Shown here: positions 18,348-27,180 of the stretch, one piece after another
How the letters are laid out: every line of letters begins with the position of its first letter
Position numbering within the stretch: position 1 is the first letter of the stretch
Assembly: GCA_018658715.1 (NCBI GenBank)
Contig: JABHUQ010000074.1
Location: forward strand, 12,807 to 76,806
Origin: Fidelibacterota bacterium
Lineage (GTDB): Bacteria; Fidelibacterota; Marinisomatia; Marinisomatales; UBA1611
Direction: 5' to 3'
DNA: 64,000 nt
Position numbers and translations under genes: made by a program
The notes under the pieces: generated by a model
Seen by the model: the letters and a program-made list of their open reading frames with translations, nothing else
Database searches by the model: none
What the model was told of the DNA's origin: nothing

Positions 18348-21164
18348 ATGGATCGCGTTGAATTATTAAAAAAACTTAACTTATCTCAGTTTACAGCATT
18401 TGATTTTGAGACAACAGGTCTTAATGCAGCATCTGATAGAATTATTGAAATTGCTGCTATACGGTTTATCAATGGAAAACCAACTGATAATTATGTTAAA
18501 CTCATTCATCCGGATCGACCAATTCCACCTTTTATTACTGAAATTACAGGAATAAGTAATTCAATGGTTATGGACGCACCTAGAGAAGAAGACATTGTTG
18601 ATGATTTCTTTGATTTTCTTGGTAACGACCCATTAATTGCGCATAATATTCGATTTGATCATCAGTTTTTAGATAATATGTCAGAACGATTCGATAAGCC
18701 CAAGTTGAAAAATAAATTATATGATTCCTTACAATTAGCTAGGTCAGTTATGTTCGATCAACCTGTTTTTAATTTAGGTGCATTAGCAACTTATTTTGGC
18801 TTATCTGCAGAAGGTTCTCATCGTGCGGAAAAAGATACAGAAAATTGTGGAATCATCTTTTTAGAATTATTAGATGAATTGGCATCTTATCCATTAGAAG
18901 TTATATCGAAAGTAATTGCTCTTGTTAGCAAAGCTGAATTACCAAATAAGTCGCTCTATATTGACCTAGGAACCGCCTTAACGCAAACAGGTAATTTAAA
19001 GTATGGTTTAACTCAGCCAACACTCAAGCACGATTTACGTTCAAATATTTTCCATTGTGATGGGACAAATCATCCAGATTCATTATTAGCCAATGATGTT
19101 TTTGGTGAGAATGGGCTATTAAGTAAAACACTTCCCAAATTTGAATTACGGTCAGTTCAAAGAGACTATGCTAATTTTTCAGATGAAATTATCAACGGAG
19201 CACCTAAAGTCGGTGTAGTGGAAGCGGGAACAGGATTAGGGAAATCAATGGCTTATTTATTCCCCGCAGTTAAGCGCGTTGAATCTGTTGAATCGAATGG
19301 TCCAACAGTCATATCATGTCATACAAAACATTTACAGGATCAATTATTTTTTAAAGATTTACCTTTACTGGCAGATGCTGTGGATGTTACTGTAAATGCA
19401 ACCGTTTTAAAAGGTAGGGGAAATTACATTTGCAAAACTCGACTTAATTGGCTCATTGGTGGCGATTTACGTCTTAGGTCCAGAGAAGTTGAAGCGCTTA
19501 TACCTTTATTTTTTTGGATGCATTGGACAAAAACGGGTGATTTAAGTGAATGTGAAGGTTTTTGGAATGCGCGTTCCACATGGTTGGCTGGATTAATCAA
19601 TAGTGAAGCTGGATTTTGCACGACGGACATTTGTAGAAAACATCAAGGTTGTTATTATGGGAAAGTTCGACGTGCATCTTTGCGTTCCCATATATTAATT
19701 GTTAATCATGCTTTACTTTTAGCGGATTCGCAACGGACAGGATTTTTACCACCATATAACCATCTAATAGTTGATGAAGCACATAACCTTGTTCCTGTTG
19801 CCTATGATCAATTTAAACTTGAGCTAAACCAAGTAAGTATGAATTATTTAATTCAAGATGTGGATCCAACTCAACCTAGATCTTCTAGATGGAATAACCA
19901 ATTAAATGTTATTGGTGATTTAGATCCAGAAATAAAACTTATTCATCAACAAGTAAAGCAAGATTCAAAGAATGCTCTGGATGCTGGAAAAACATTTTTC
20001 ACTAAACTATCTGAAGAAAAGAAACGTGATTTTGATTTAAAAAAAATGTATCCTGAAAAAGTGATATTGCGTAACCTTTACGAAGACTATAGTCCAGTAT
20101 ATATAGAGTTATCAGAATTAGTTGATGCTATACAGCAATTGTCGCAAACTTTAGAAAGAGCCAAAGATGCTATCCTGAAGATTGATGCAGGTCGATGTGA
20201 TTATCCATTATTGCACCAAGTGCTAGAAAATGGAAATGAAAAAATAAAAACTCTTATTCAACATGTAAAACTATTAACCAGCACGCCCAACGACGACTGG
20301 TCTTATTGGTTAGATGGACAGTTAAAAAACTATGGCCAAAAAAATGAATCATTTCAGATTTCTATTTTTGGATCTCCCATAGATGTGTCACAAACATTAT
20401 CTTCTCACTTTTTTCAAGATATCGAGCATTGTATCCTTACATCTGCTACATTAAGAGTAGATGATTCATTTAGTTATTTCCTTAATAGATCTGGATTAAC
20501 TTCATTAGAATTTGATAGAGTTGTTGAAATGACATTTGAAAGCCCATTTTTCTATGAAGATCAGGTGGAATATCAACAATATGGCGGTGCAACACCTATT
20601 TCAAATGATCCTAAAGCTTTAGCAGAAGTCATCTATAATGCCTATCATAAATATAAAAAAAGAATACTTGTCCTTTTTACTTCACGTAAAATGCTGACAG
20701 ATGTTTATCGTTATTTGAAAGAAATGCCCAATGGGAATAATTTACCAATATACCCACAACTCAGTGGCACATCACGCCAAGCATTAATAAAGGGAATGTC
20801 TCAAGGTAATGAAGGTATTTTATTGGGAACAAATGCATTTTGGGAAGGTGTAGATCTCCCTGGAGAATTGCTAGAAGTTCTCATTTTAACAAAATTACCA
20901 TTTGATGTCCCCACAGACCCAATTGTGAAAGCATATAGTGAATTAATTAAAGAATGTGGCGGTAATTCATTTATGGATTTTTCTGTTCCTGAAAGTGTTA
21001 TTCGTTTTAGGCAAGGATTTGGTCGATTAATTCGCTCTACGACAGATTCAGGCGTATTTATTTCATGTGATAATCGAATTGTTGTAAAACGATATGGACA
21101 GCACTTTAGTCATGTGATACCAGCTAGAATGTCGGTTTTTAGAAATATTGATGATTTAACTTAA
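18348..21164 (+). CDS. dinG: DinG-family (XPD-like, SF2) ATP-dependent DNA helicase with an N-terminal DnaQ-like 3'-5' exonuclease domain
   Basis: Exo motifs are FDFETTGL, AHNIRFDHQFL and HRAEKD. The helicase has Walker A EAGTGLGKS and DEAH box VDEAHNL, plus Cys residues at nt 19431, 19551, 19617, 19632 and 19650 including C-x4-C-x5-C. C-terminal motifs include WEGVDLPG and FRQGFGRLIR. Confidence 0.85.
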   Translation: MDRVELLKKLNLSQFTAFDFETTGLNAASDRIIEIAAIRFINGKPTDNYVKLIHPDRPIPPFITEITGISNSMVMDAPREEDIVDDFFDFLGNDPLIAHNIRFDHQFLDNMSERFDKPKLKNKLYDSLQLARSVMFDQPVFNLGALATYFGLSAEGSHRAEKDTENCGIIFLELLDELASYPLEVISKVIALVSKAELPNKSLYIDLGTALTQTGNLKYGLTQPTLKHDLRSNIFHCDGTNHPDSLLANDVFGENGLLSKTLPKFELRSVQRDYANFSDEIINGAPKVGVVEAGTGLGKSMAYLFPAVKRVESVESNGPTVISCHTKHLQDQLFFKDLPLLADAVDVTVNATVLKGRGNYICKTRLNWLIGGDLRLRSREVEALIPLFFWMHWTKTGDLSECEGFWNARSTWLAGLINSEAGFCTTDICRKHQGCYYGKVRRASLRSHILIVNHALLLADSQRTGFLPPYNHLIVDEAHNLVPVAYDQFKLELNQVSMNYLIQDVDPTQPRSSRWNNQLNVIGDLDPEIKLIHQQVKQDSKNALDAGKTFFTKLSEEKKRDFDLKKMYPEKVILRNLYEDYSPVYIELSELVDAIQQLSQTLERAKDAILKIDAGRCDYPLLHQVLENGNEKIKTLIQHVKLLTSTPNDDWSYWLDGQLKNYGQKNESFQISIFGSPIDVSQTLSSHFFQDIEHCILTSATLRVDDSFSYFLNRSGLTSLEFDRVVEMTFESPFFYEDQVEYQQYGGATPISNDPKALAEVIYNAYHKYKKRILVLFTSRKMLTDVYRYLKEMPNGNNLPIYPQLSGTSRQALIKGMSQGNEGILLGTNAFWEGVDLPGELLEVLILTKLPFDVPTDPIVKAYSELIKECGGNSFMDFSVPESVIRFRQGFGRLIRSTTDSGVFISCDNRIVVKRYGQHFSHVIPARMSVFRNIDDLT

Positions 21165-21216
21165 AACTCATAGATAGGCTGTTGTTTCATGAGCTAATGT
21201 CGATCTAAATTCCTCC

Positions 21217-22749
21217 ATGGAGCCCCTACAGATATCTAGCAATACCCGTCACTATAGGGATTTTATATCATTCTTCACTGAACCGATTAAAATCAATATT
21301 TCAAAATCTGCAAAAGGACGGATTGTTGCATCTCAAAAAATTCTACAAAGTGTACTATCGTCTGGGAAAACTATTTATGGTGTAAATACTGGATTTGGAC
21401 AATTAAGCCAAATTTCTATTGAATCTAACCATTTAAATCAACTCCAAACAAATTTAGTGAGAAGCCATGCCGCTGGTGTAGGAGCACCCATTAATTCTGG
21501 GCTTGTTCGAATTATTTTGTATTTAAAGTTATTATCATATTCAAAAGGGTATAGTGGAATTCGGTTTAGTCTTGCTTCTCATATTATAGATTTTATTAAT
21601 CATGATATATTGCCGATTATTCCTGAAAAAGGGTCTGTGGGAGCAAGTGGTGATTTAGCCCCTTTAGGGCATATGGCATTAGCATTAATTGGTGAAGGAA
21701 GTGTCACTTATAAAGGTCGGGAATACAAAACATCCACAGCGCTAAAAAAAGTAGGTTTAAAACCTTTTCAATTAGAAGTGAAGGAAGGACTTAGTTTGAT
21801 TAATGGAACGCAATTCTCGACAGCAATAGGGATTCAAGCTATGCTACAAGGGGAACTTCTAGCTCAATGTGCGGATGTTATTGGAGCCATATCTGTGGAA
21901 GCAAGTTTATCCAGTCGAAATGTGTTCAAAGCATCCATCCATCTGACAAAAAGCCATCCTGGGCAAAGGCAATCTGCTAAAAACGTATGGCGTATCCTAA
22001 AGGGAAGTGAAATTGTGCAATCTCATAGTCAATGCGAGAAAGTGCAAGATCCCTATAGTTTTAGGTGTATTCCGCATGTACATGGCGCATCTCGTGATAC
22101 ATTGACTTCTGCAGGTAGAATAATCAATAATGAAATTAATAGCGTTAGTGATAATCCACTTGTAATGGATAATGGAGAAGTCATTAGTTCTGGACATTTC
22201 CATGGTGAATCAGTGGCGCAAGCTATGGATATGGTGGCAATTTCAATGTCAGAATTTGGTGCTATTTCAGAAAGACGAATTCATTATTTTATGAAAGGAG
22301 TTGATGGTACATTGCCTCCATTTATGTCAATGAATCCCGGACTAGAATCTGGGTATATGATTGCCCATGTGACCGCTTCTTCCTTGGCATCAGAAAATAA
22401 AACATTGTCTCATCCTGCAAGTGTAGATTCATTACCTACATCAGGAGGTCAGGAAGATCAAGTCAGTATGGCGCCGTGGGCTGGGCAAAAAGCATTACAA
22501 ATACAAAATAATGTAGCAACCATTTTGGCTATTGAATTGATAGTTGGATTAGCGGCCATAAAACAGATTCATAAAAACTTAAAACCATCTATAGTAACAT
22601 CCTCAGTATATGATTTATTAAAGGATGAAATCCATGTAGATAAAGGAGACCGGACTTTGAGTCAAGAAATTGAACGTGTCAAAAATCGTATCCTAAATGG
22701 AGATGTGTTAAAAGCTATTAACCCTATTTGTAAATTGGAGTCATTTTGA
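21217..22749 (+). CDS. hutH: Histidine ammonia-lyase
   Basis: GSVGASGDLAPLGHMA carries the MIO-forming Ala-Ser-Gly. LQTNLVRSHAAGVG carries the Ser-His pair typical of histidine-specific members (Phe-Leu in PAL). Confidence 0.85.
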   Translation: MEPLQISSNTRHYRDFISFFTEPIKINISKSAKGRIVASQKILQSVLSSGKTIYGVNTGFGQLSQISIESNHLNQLQTNLVRSHAAGVGAPINSGLVRIILYLKLLSYSKGYSGIRFSLASHIIDFINHDILPIIPEKGSVGASGDLAPLGHMALALIGEGSVTYKGREYKTSTALKKVGLKPFQLEVKEGLSLINGTQFSTAIGIQAMLQGELLAQCADVIGAISVEASLSSRNVFKASIHLTKSHPGQRQSAKNVWRILKGSEIVQSHSQCEKVQDPYSFRCIPHVHGASRDTLTSAGRIINNEINSVSDNPLVMDNGEVISSGHFHGESVAQAMDMVAISMSEFGAISERRIHYFMKGVDGTLPPFMSMNPGLESGYMIAHVTASSLASENKTLSHPASVDSLPTSGGQEDQVSMAPWAGQKALQIQNNVATILAIELIVGLAAIKQIHKNLKPSIVTSSVYDLLKDEIHVDKGDRTLSQEIERVKNRILNGDVLKAINPICKLESF

Positions 22750-24212
22750 AAAACCGCCCACCATTTTCCTATGCCTTAACATTTGATGATGTATTATTGA
22801 TACCTCAACATTCGAATGTTTTACCGCGAGATGTACAACTGTCAACACAATTGACAAAAAATATACAAATGAATATTCCTATTTTAAGTGCAGCGATGGA
22901 TACCGTTACTGAGAGTGATATGGCTATTGCATTAGCGCGTGAAGGAGGAGTAGGCGTTATTCATAAAAATTTATCCATATTACAGCAACAAAGCATGGTT
23001 GATCGTGTTAAGCGATCAGAAAGTGGGATGATTGTTAATCCTGTGACATTAACAAATGGAAGTACCATTGGAGATGCTAAACGGATAATGTCTAAATTTA
23101 AAATAAGTGGTTTACCCGTCGTAGATGGTAAAAAGCTTCTGGGAATTATTACAAATCGTGACATTCGTTTTGAAACTGATAATTCTTTATCCGTAGCAAA
23201 TAGAATGACCAAAGATGGCTTGGTGACAGTACCACAAGGGACATCATTAGAAAAGTCGAAAGAATTATTGCAAGAACATCGAATAGAAAAGTTATTGGTT
23301 GTTGATAAAAATGGAAATTTATCCGGATTAATTACTGTTAAAGATATTCAAAAGAAGGAACAATTTCCCATTGCCTGTAAAGATAGTATGGGACGATTAC
23401 GTGTTGCTGCTGCTGTAGGTGTAGGTGATGATTTATTGGAAAGAGCAAATGCATTGGTAGATGCGGATGTAGATGTAATTGTCGTTGATACAGCTCATGG
23501 ACATTCAGAAGGAGTATTAAAATCTATCGCCAAATTAAAATCCACCGTTTCTGTTGATATTGTTGCTGGGAATGTGGCCACCGGCCAAGGGACGCAGGCA
23601 CTCATTGACGCAGGTGTCGATTGTGTTAAAGTTGGAATTGGGGCAGGAGCAAGTTGTACTACTCGAATTATTGCTGGTGTAGGGAAACCACAATTATCAG
23701 CCATAATGGATTGTGTAGATGTTGCACGAAAAAATGATATTCCTATGATAGCGGATGGAGGATTACGTTATAGTGGTGATATTGCTAAAGCCCTAGCAGC
23801 TGGAGCTGAGTCTGTCATGCTAGGAAGTCTATTAGCTGGAATGGATGAAAGTCCTGGTGAATCTATTTTATACGAAGGTAGGCAATATAAGTCTTATCGT
23901 GGAATGGGTTCTATGGGGGCTATGCAAGAAGGAAGTGGCGATCGATATTTTCAAGAAGGGACAGAAGCGACAAAATTAGTACCGGAAGGCATTGAAGGGA
24001 TGGTTCCTTATCGTGGTCATGTACGAAATGCAATCCATCAAATATTGGGCGGATTACGATCATCGATGGGCTATTGTGGGGCAGGATCTATTTCAGATTT
24101 TGGTTCAAATACAGAATTTGTTCAAATTTCTTCCGCAGGTGTTAAAGAGAATCACCCGCATGAAGTAAGAATTGTAAAGGAAGCTCCGAATTATCAAAGT
24201 TCGGATGGCTAA
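22746..24212 (+). CDS. guaB: IMP dehydrogenase
   Basis: It has LTFDDVLLIPQHS, a tandem CBS insert, the catalytic loop GIGAGASCTTR, IADGGLRYSGD and GMGS. A TTG start overlaps the hutH stop (TTGA). Confidence 0.95.
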   Translation: MKNRPPFSYALTFDDVLLIPQHSNVLPRDVQLSTQLTKNIQMNIPILSAAMDTVTESDMAIALAREGGVGVIHKNLSILQQQSMVDRVKRSESGMIVNPVTLTNGSTIGDAKRIMSKFKISGLPVVDGKKLLGIITNRDIRFETDNSLSVANRMTKDGLVTVPQGTSLEKSKELLQEHRIEKLLVVDKNGNLSGLITVKDIQKKEQFPIACKDSMGRLRVAAAVGVGDDLLERANALVDADVDVIVVDTAHGHSEGVLKSIAKLKSTVSVDIVAGNVATGQGTQALIDAGVDCVKVGIGAGASCTTRIIAGVGKPQLSAIMDCVDVARKNDIPMIADGGLRYSGDIAKALAAGAESVMLGSLLAGMDESPGESILYEGRQYKSYRGMGSMGAMQEGSGDRYFQEGTEATKLVPEGIEGMVPYRGHVRNAIHQILGGLRSSMGYCGAGSISDFGSNTEFVQISSAGVKENHPHEVRIVKEAPNYQSSDG

Positions 24213-24221
24213 TATTATAAA

Positions 24222-24252
24222 CAAAAAACCCCGATGAAAATCGGGGTTTTTA
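24222..24252. terminator. Bidirectional rho-independent terminator between convergent guaB and rpsT
   Basis: The hairpin is A6-CCCCGA-tgaaaa-TCGGGG-T5: a perfect 6-bp GC-rich stem flanked by an A-tract and a T-tract. It lies 10 nt after the guaB stop and 19 nt beyond the rpsT stop. Confidence 0.8.
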
Positions 24253-24270
24253 ATATCAATAAATATAAAA

Positions 24271-24525
24271 TTAATTGAGAGAATTCAAGTGGCGTGTAAC
24301 TTGAGATTTACGGCGTGCGCCAGTGTTTTTATGAATTAAACCTATTTTAATAGATTTATCAATAACACTAATTGCTTTACCATAATGAGTCTCAGCAGTT
24401 TCTTTATCTGTTGCACTCATTACATTTTTAATAAGTGTGCGCAAACGCGACATGTCGGCGACATTCTTCTCGCGACGTTTAATATCTTGGCGTTCTCTTT
24501 TAATTTGTTGTGGATGTCTGTCCAT
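24271..24525 (-). CDS. rpsT: 30S ribosomal protein S20
   Basis: The 84-aa basic protein has QQIKRERQDIKRREKNVADMSRLRTLIKNV...IDKSIKIGLIHKNTGARRKS, which matches the S20 helical pattern. Confidence 0.85.
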   Translation of the reverse strand: MDRHPQQIKRERQDIKRREKNVADMSRLRTLIKNVMSATDKETAETHYGKAISVIDKSIKIGLIHKNTGARRKSQVTRHLNSLN

Positions 24526-24777
24526 TGAATAAATATTCCTTTGATTTTAGCCGGCAAACTTAGTATTTACATCTTGAGCAAGTCAAGCGATGTAATGAGT
24601 TATTTATGTGCCCGATAAATTGAATAATTCCCATCAGGTCATAAATGAACATAATCCTTTTTATTTTTTGCTAGAAGAATTACACAATAAGGCAATTAAT
24701 AAACCATATAAAATAAAATATTTCAATTGTACTCTTCTTAAGAGATTATCTTTATCTAACTTATATTTATATTTGAG

Positions 24778-25887
24778 CTATAATAAATGTGAATTTCTGG
24801 AAATAAATTGAATTTCATCAAGGATCACCTTAATGACACCGGCAGTGGGAACAGCAAAAAGCATTCCTAATGGGCCCATAAGTGTTCCGCCAATCAATAA
24901 TACAATCATAACAATCATGGGATGAAGTCCCACACTTTCTCCCACGAGAATTGGTGTTATTAGATTATTATCAATTTGTTGAACAACAATAAACATAAAA
25001 ATAATATCTAAAATATAGAATGGTGATGGTATAACCCCAAATAATTGATGAGCTAACGCAACATCACTTCCCAAATTATTCATGAGAGCGACAAGAATCG
25101 CAGGAATCATACCCACAAATGGGCCAACCATAGGAATCAAATTAGCAAAACCAGCTATAATACCAATAAATACTATTAAAGTCATATTTGCCCCAAATTG
25201 ATTTAATATGAATAATCCAATTATAGATAATAAAGCTACAGATCCTGCAGCCATGAGTTGCCCCCTTAAATATTTTGAAATTTGTTGCTCAATATTATAA
25301 ATCAACCGGAGTCCAACTTCTAAATATTTATTTGGAATAAAGCGAACAAGTGTTCGTTTGAAATCATGATATTCTACTAATAAAATGATGGTGAAAATGA
25401 GAGTCATGACTGCGATGAAAAATAAGCTTCCGGTTGCGCTAAGAAAAGAAAGCATATTTTGAAATAATCCACTCAAACTTTCTTGAGATTTTTCAATTAT
25501 TTCATCACTTTCAGGTATTAAGTTCGTTAGAAAATCAGGAAGAATTGTTTGTGCTTTATTGGATAGCCCTTCTAAACTAAGGGCGAAATCATCTTGTTGA
25601 ATTTTTGCGGAAAATTGTTTTATTTGAGCGCCAATATTTGTTGCAAAACTTCCAAGAAACCAAATAAAAGCAACTATAGTTCCACCAATAATGAGAATAA
25701 CACTGAAACTCCTAGAATGTATCTTTCTTTCCAAACTATCTACACTAGGGAGAAATATGGTAGTAAATAAAAAAGAAAATATAAGCATGACAATTACTGA
25801 AGCGAAAAACGGGAGCACTGTCCAAACTAATCCACCTATTAGAACGAATAATAATAGTCTATATATTTTTAGAGAAGAATCGTTCAC
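24778..25887 (-). CDS. AI-2E family transporter (PerM/UPF0118)
   Basis: The 369-aa product has about 8 TM segments. The C-terminal region IPMVGPFVGMIPAILVAL...VVQQIDNNLITPILVGESVGLHPMIV fits the family. A GTG start overlaps the upstream stop (GTGA). Confidence 0.85.
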   Translation of the reverse strand: MNDSSLKIYRLLLFVLIGGLVWTVLPFFASVIVMLIFSFLFTTIFLPSVDSLERKIHSRSFSVILIIGGTIVAFIWFLGSFATNIGAQIKQFSAKIQQDDFALSLEGLSNKAQTILPDFLTNLIPESDEIIEKSQESLSGLFQNMLSFLSATGSLFFIAVMTLIFTIILLVEYHDFKRTLVRFIPNKYLEVGLRLIYNIEQQISKYLRGQLMAAGSVALLSIIGLFILNQFGANMTLIVFIGIIAGFANLIPMVGPFVGMIPAILVALMNNLGSDVALAHQLFGVIPSPFYILDIIFMFIVVQQIDNNLITPILVGESVGLHPMIVMIVLLIGGTLMGPLGMLFAVPTAGVIKVILDEIQFISRNSHLL

Positions 25888-26369
25888 GATGATTTTTTAG
25901 CTAATGCTATATTCGTTTGTCGAAGACGTTCTCCTAGCACGCGAGATAAATTGATTAGAATTTTATTCCCTAATTCAGGTGACCGATGCATAAGTGTTAA
26001 TAAATCTGTTCGAAAAAACCCAATTAATTTGGATGGCTCTTGGGCCTCAGCCATAGCGGACCGTGGTTCCTCGTCCAAAAGAGCTAATTCTCCGAAAAAA
26101 TCCCCAGAACATAATTGAGCAAAAACCATTCCCGTATCAGGATCTTTAATTGTAACATTTCCTTGAATGATAACATACATTCCTTCCCCTGGAGCCATTT
26201 TTTTAAAAATAGATTCTCCTAATCTATAGTCCCGTTCATGTGTTAAACGAGATATTTCATTTAATTCCTTCCCATTCAAGTGCTTAAAAATAGGTACTTG
26301 GTGAATGGCGTGGAGAATGGGATCATTGACAGGTCCCTTTTTAAATATATTTTCCCATATTGCTTTCAT
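25884..26369 (-). CDS. Stand-alone cyclic-nucleotide-binding domain protein
   Basis: The 161-aa product has GDFFGELALLDEEPRSAMAEA, the phosphate-binding cassette of cNMP-binding domains. No output domain is present. Confidence 0.8.
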   Translation of the reverse strand: MKAIWENIFKKGPVNDPILHAIHQVPIFKHLNGKELNEISRLTHERDYRLGESIFKKMAPGEGMYVIIQGNVTIKDPDTGMVFAQLCSGDFFGELALLDEEPRSAMAEAQEPSKLIGFFRTDLLTLMHRSPELGNKILINLSRVLGERLRQTNIALAKKSS

Positions 26370-26410
26370 TCTGCAATCCTTTATTTTTTTAGATCATTAG
26401 TTTAGAAAAG

Positions 26411-26426
26411 TGTACAACATGGAACA
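26411..26426. promoter_or_regulatory. Candidate Crp/Fnr-family operator (TGT-N10-ACA)
   Basis: TGTACAACATGGAACA lies in the divergent intergenic region, 42 nt from the cNMP-domain gene start and 68 nt from the crp-like ATG. It is only an imperfect palindrome (half-sites TGTAC/TGTTC). Confidence 0.25.
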
Positions 26427-26493
26427 AGAAAACAATCATGTAATTCGAATAGAATGAAATTTGAATTCCAAACCATCCAACGTATTTTTTTGT

Positions 26494-27174
26494 ATGGAAA
26501 AGACTGACATTTTGAAAATGGTGCCTATTTTCTCAGGATTGTCTGATAAATCCTTGATGGATATTGCCAATGTCATGGTTACAAGGTACTACAAAAAAGG
26601 CCAGTATATTCTTTCTGAAAATGATGAAGGACAGTCTACATATTTCATTACAGATGGAAATATAAAAGTTACAAGAACAAGCGATGATGGGAGAGAAGTT
26701 ATTTTAGCCATGCAAGGTGTAGGAGATTTTTTTGGGGAAATGGCTATGCTCGATGGTGAACCAAGATCAGCAAATATTGTTGCTATTACAACGTGTACTG
26801 TATTAACACTGAATGGAGCAGACTTTTATGGTATCCTTACATCTCATCCAAAGGTAGCTATTAACTTACTAAAGGAATTAGCCGTCCGAATTCGGAAAAG
26901 TGACCAACAAATTGAGGGCCTTTCACTTAGTGATGCAGAAAAAAGAATAGCAATGACTATAATACGAATTAGTGAAGAATTAGGTACAATTCACCATGGA
27001 GAAGTATCAGTGAAAAAGATGCCAGTACAACAAGATATTGCAAATATGGCTGGGACATCAAGAGAAACAGTGTCTAGAACTATTAATATTTTAGAAGAAG
27101 AAGGTTTTATTAAAAGAGATGGTAAAGATTTATCAGTTGTAGATTATGATCGATTTAAGCGAGAACTCACTTAG
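26494..27174 (+). CDS. Crp/Fnr family transcriptional regulator
   Basis: The cNMP-binding cassette GDFFGEMAMLDGEPRSANIVA is followed by the C-terminal HTH QQDIANMAGTSRETVSRTINILEEEGFI. The ATG at 26494 is preferred over the TTG at 26461. Confidence 0.85.
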   Translation: MEKTDILKMVPIFSGLSDKSLMDIANVMVTRYYKKGQYILSENDEGQSTYFITDGNIKVTRTSDDGREVILAMQGVGDFFGEMAMLDGEPRSANIVAITTCTVLTLNGADFYGILTSHPKVAINLLKELAVRIRKSDQQIEGLSLSDAEKRIAMTIIRISEELGTIHHGEVSVKKMPVQQDIANMAGTSRETVSRTINILEEEGFIKRDGKDLSVVDYDRFKRELT

Positions 27175-27180
27175 TGGCTT

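Noticed and set aside
24560-24586. Sigma-70-like promoter for rpsT on the minus strand (TTGACT, then 15 nt, then TACTAA).
   Set aside because: The spacer is too short and the -10 match is poor (3 of 6). FCB-group promoters may also follow a different consensus, so I made no call.
24608-24811. A 67-aa + strand ORF in the rpsT/perM spacer.
   Set aside because: It has a GTG start without an RBS and an Asn/Leu/Tyr-rich, AT-driven composition. It runs into the 3' end of the AI-2E transporter gene on the opposite strand. The region more likely holds the rpsT promoter/leader and the perM 3' UTR.
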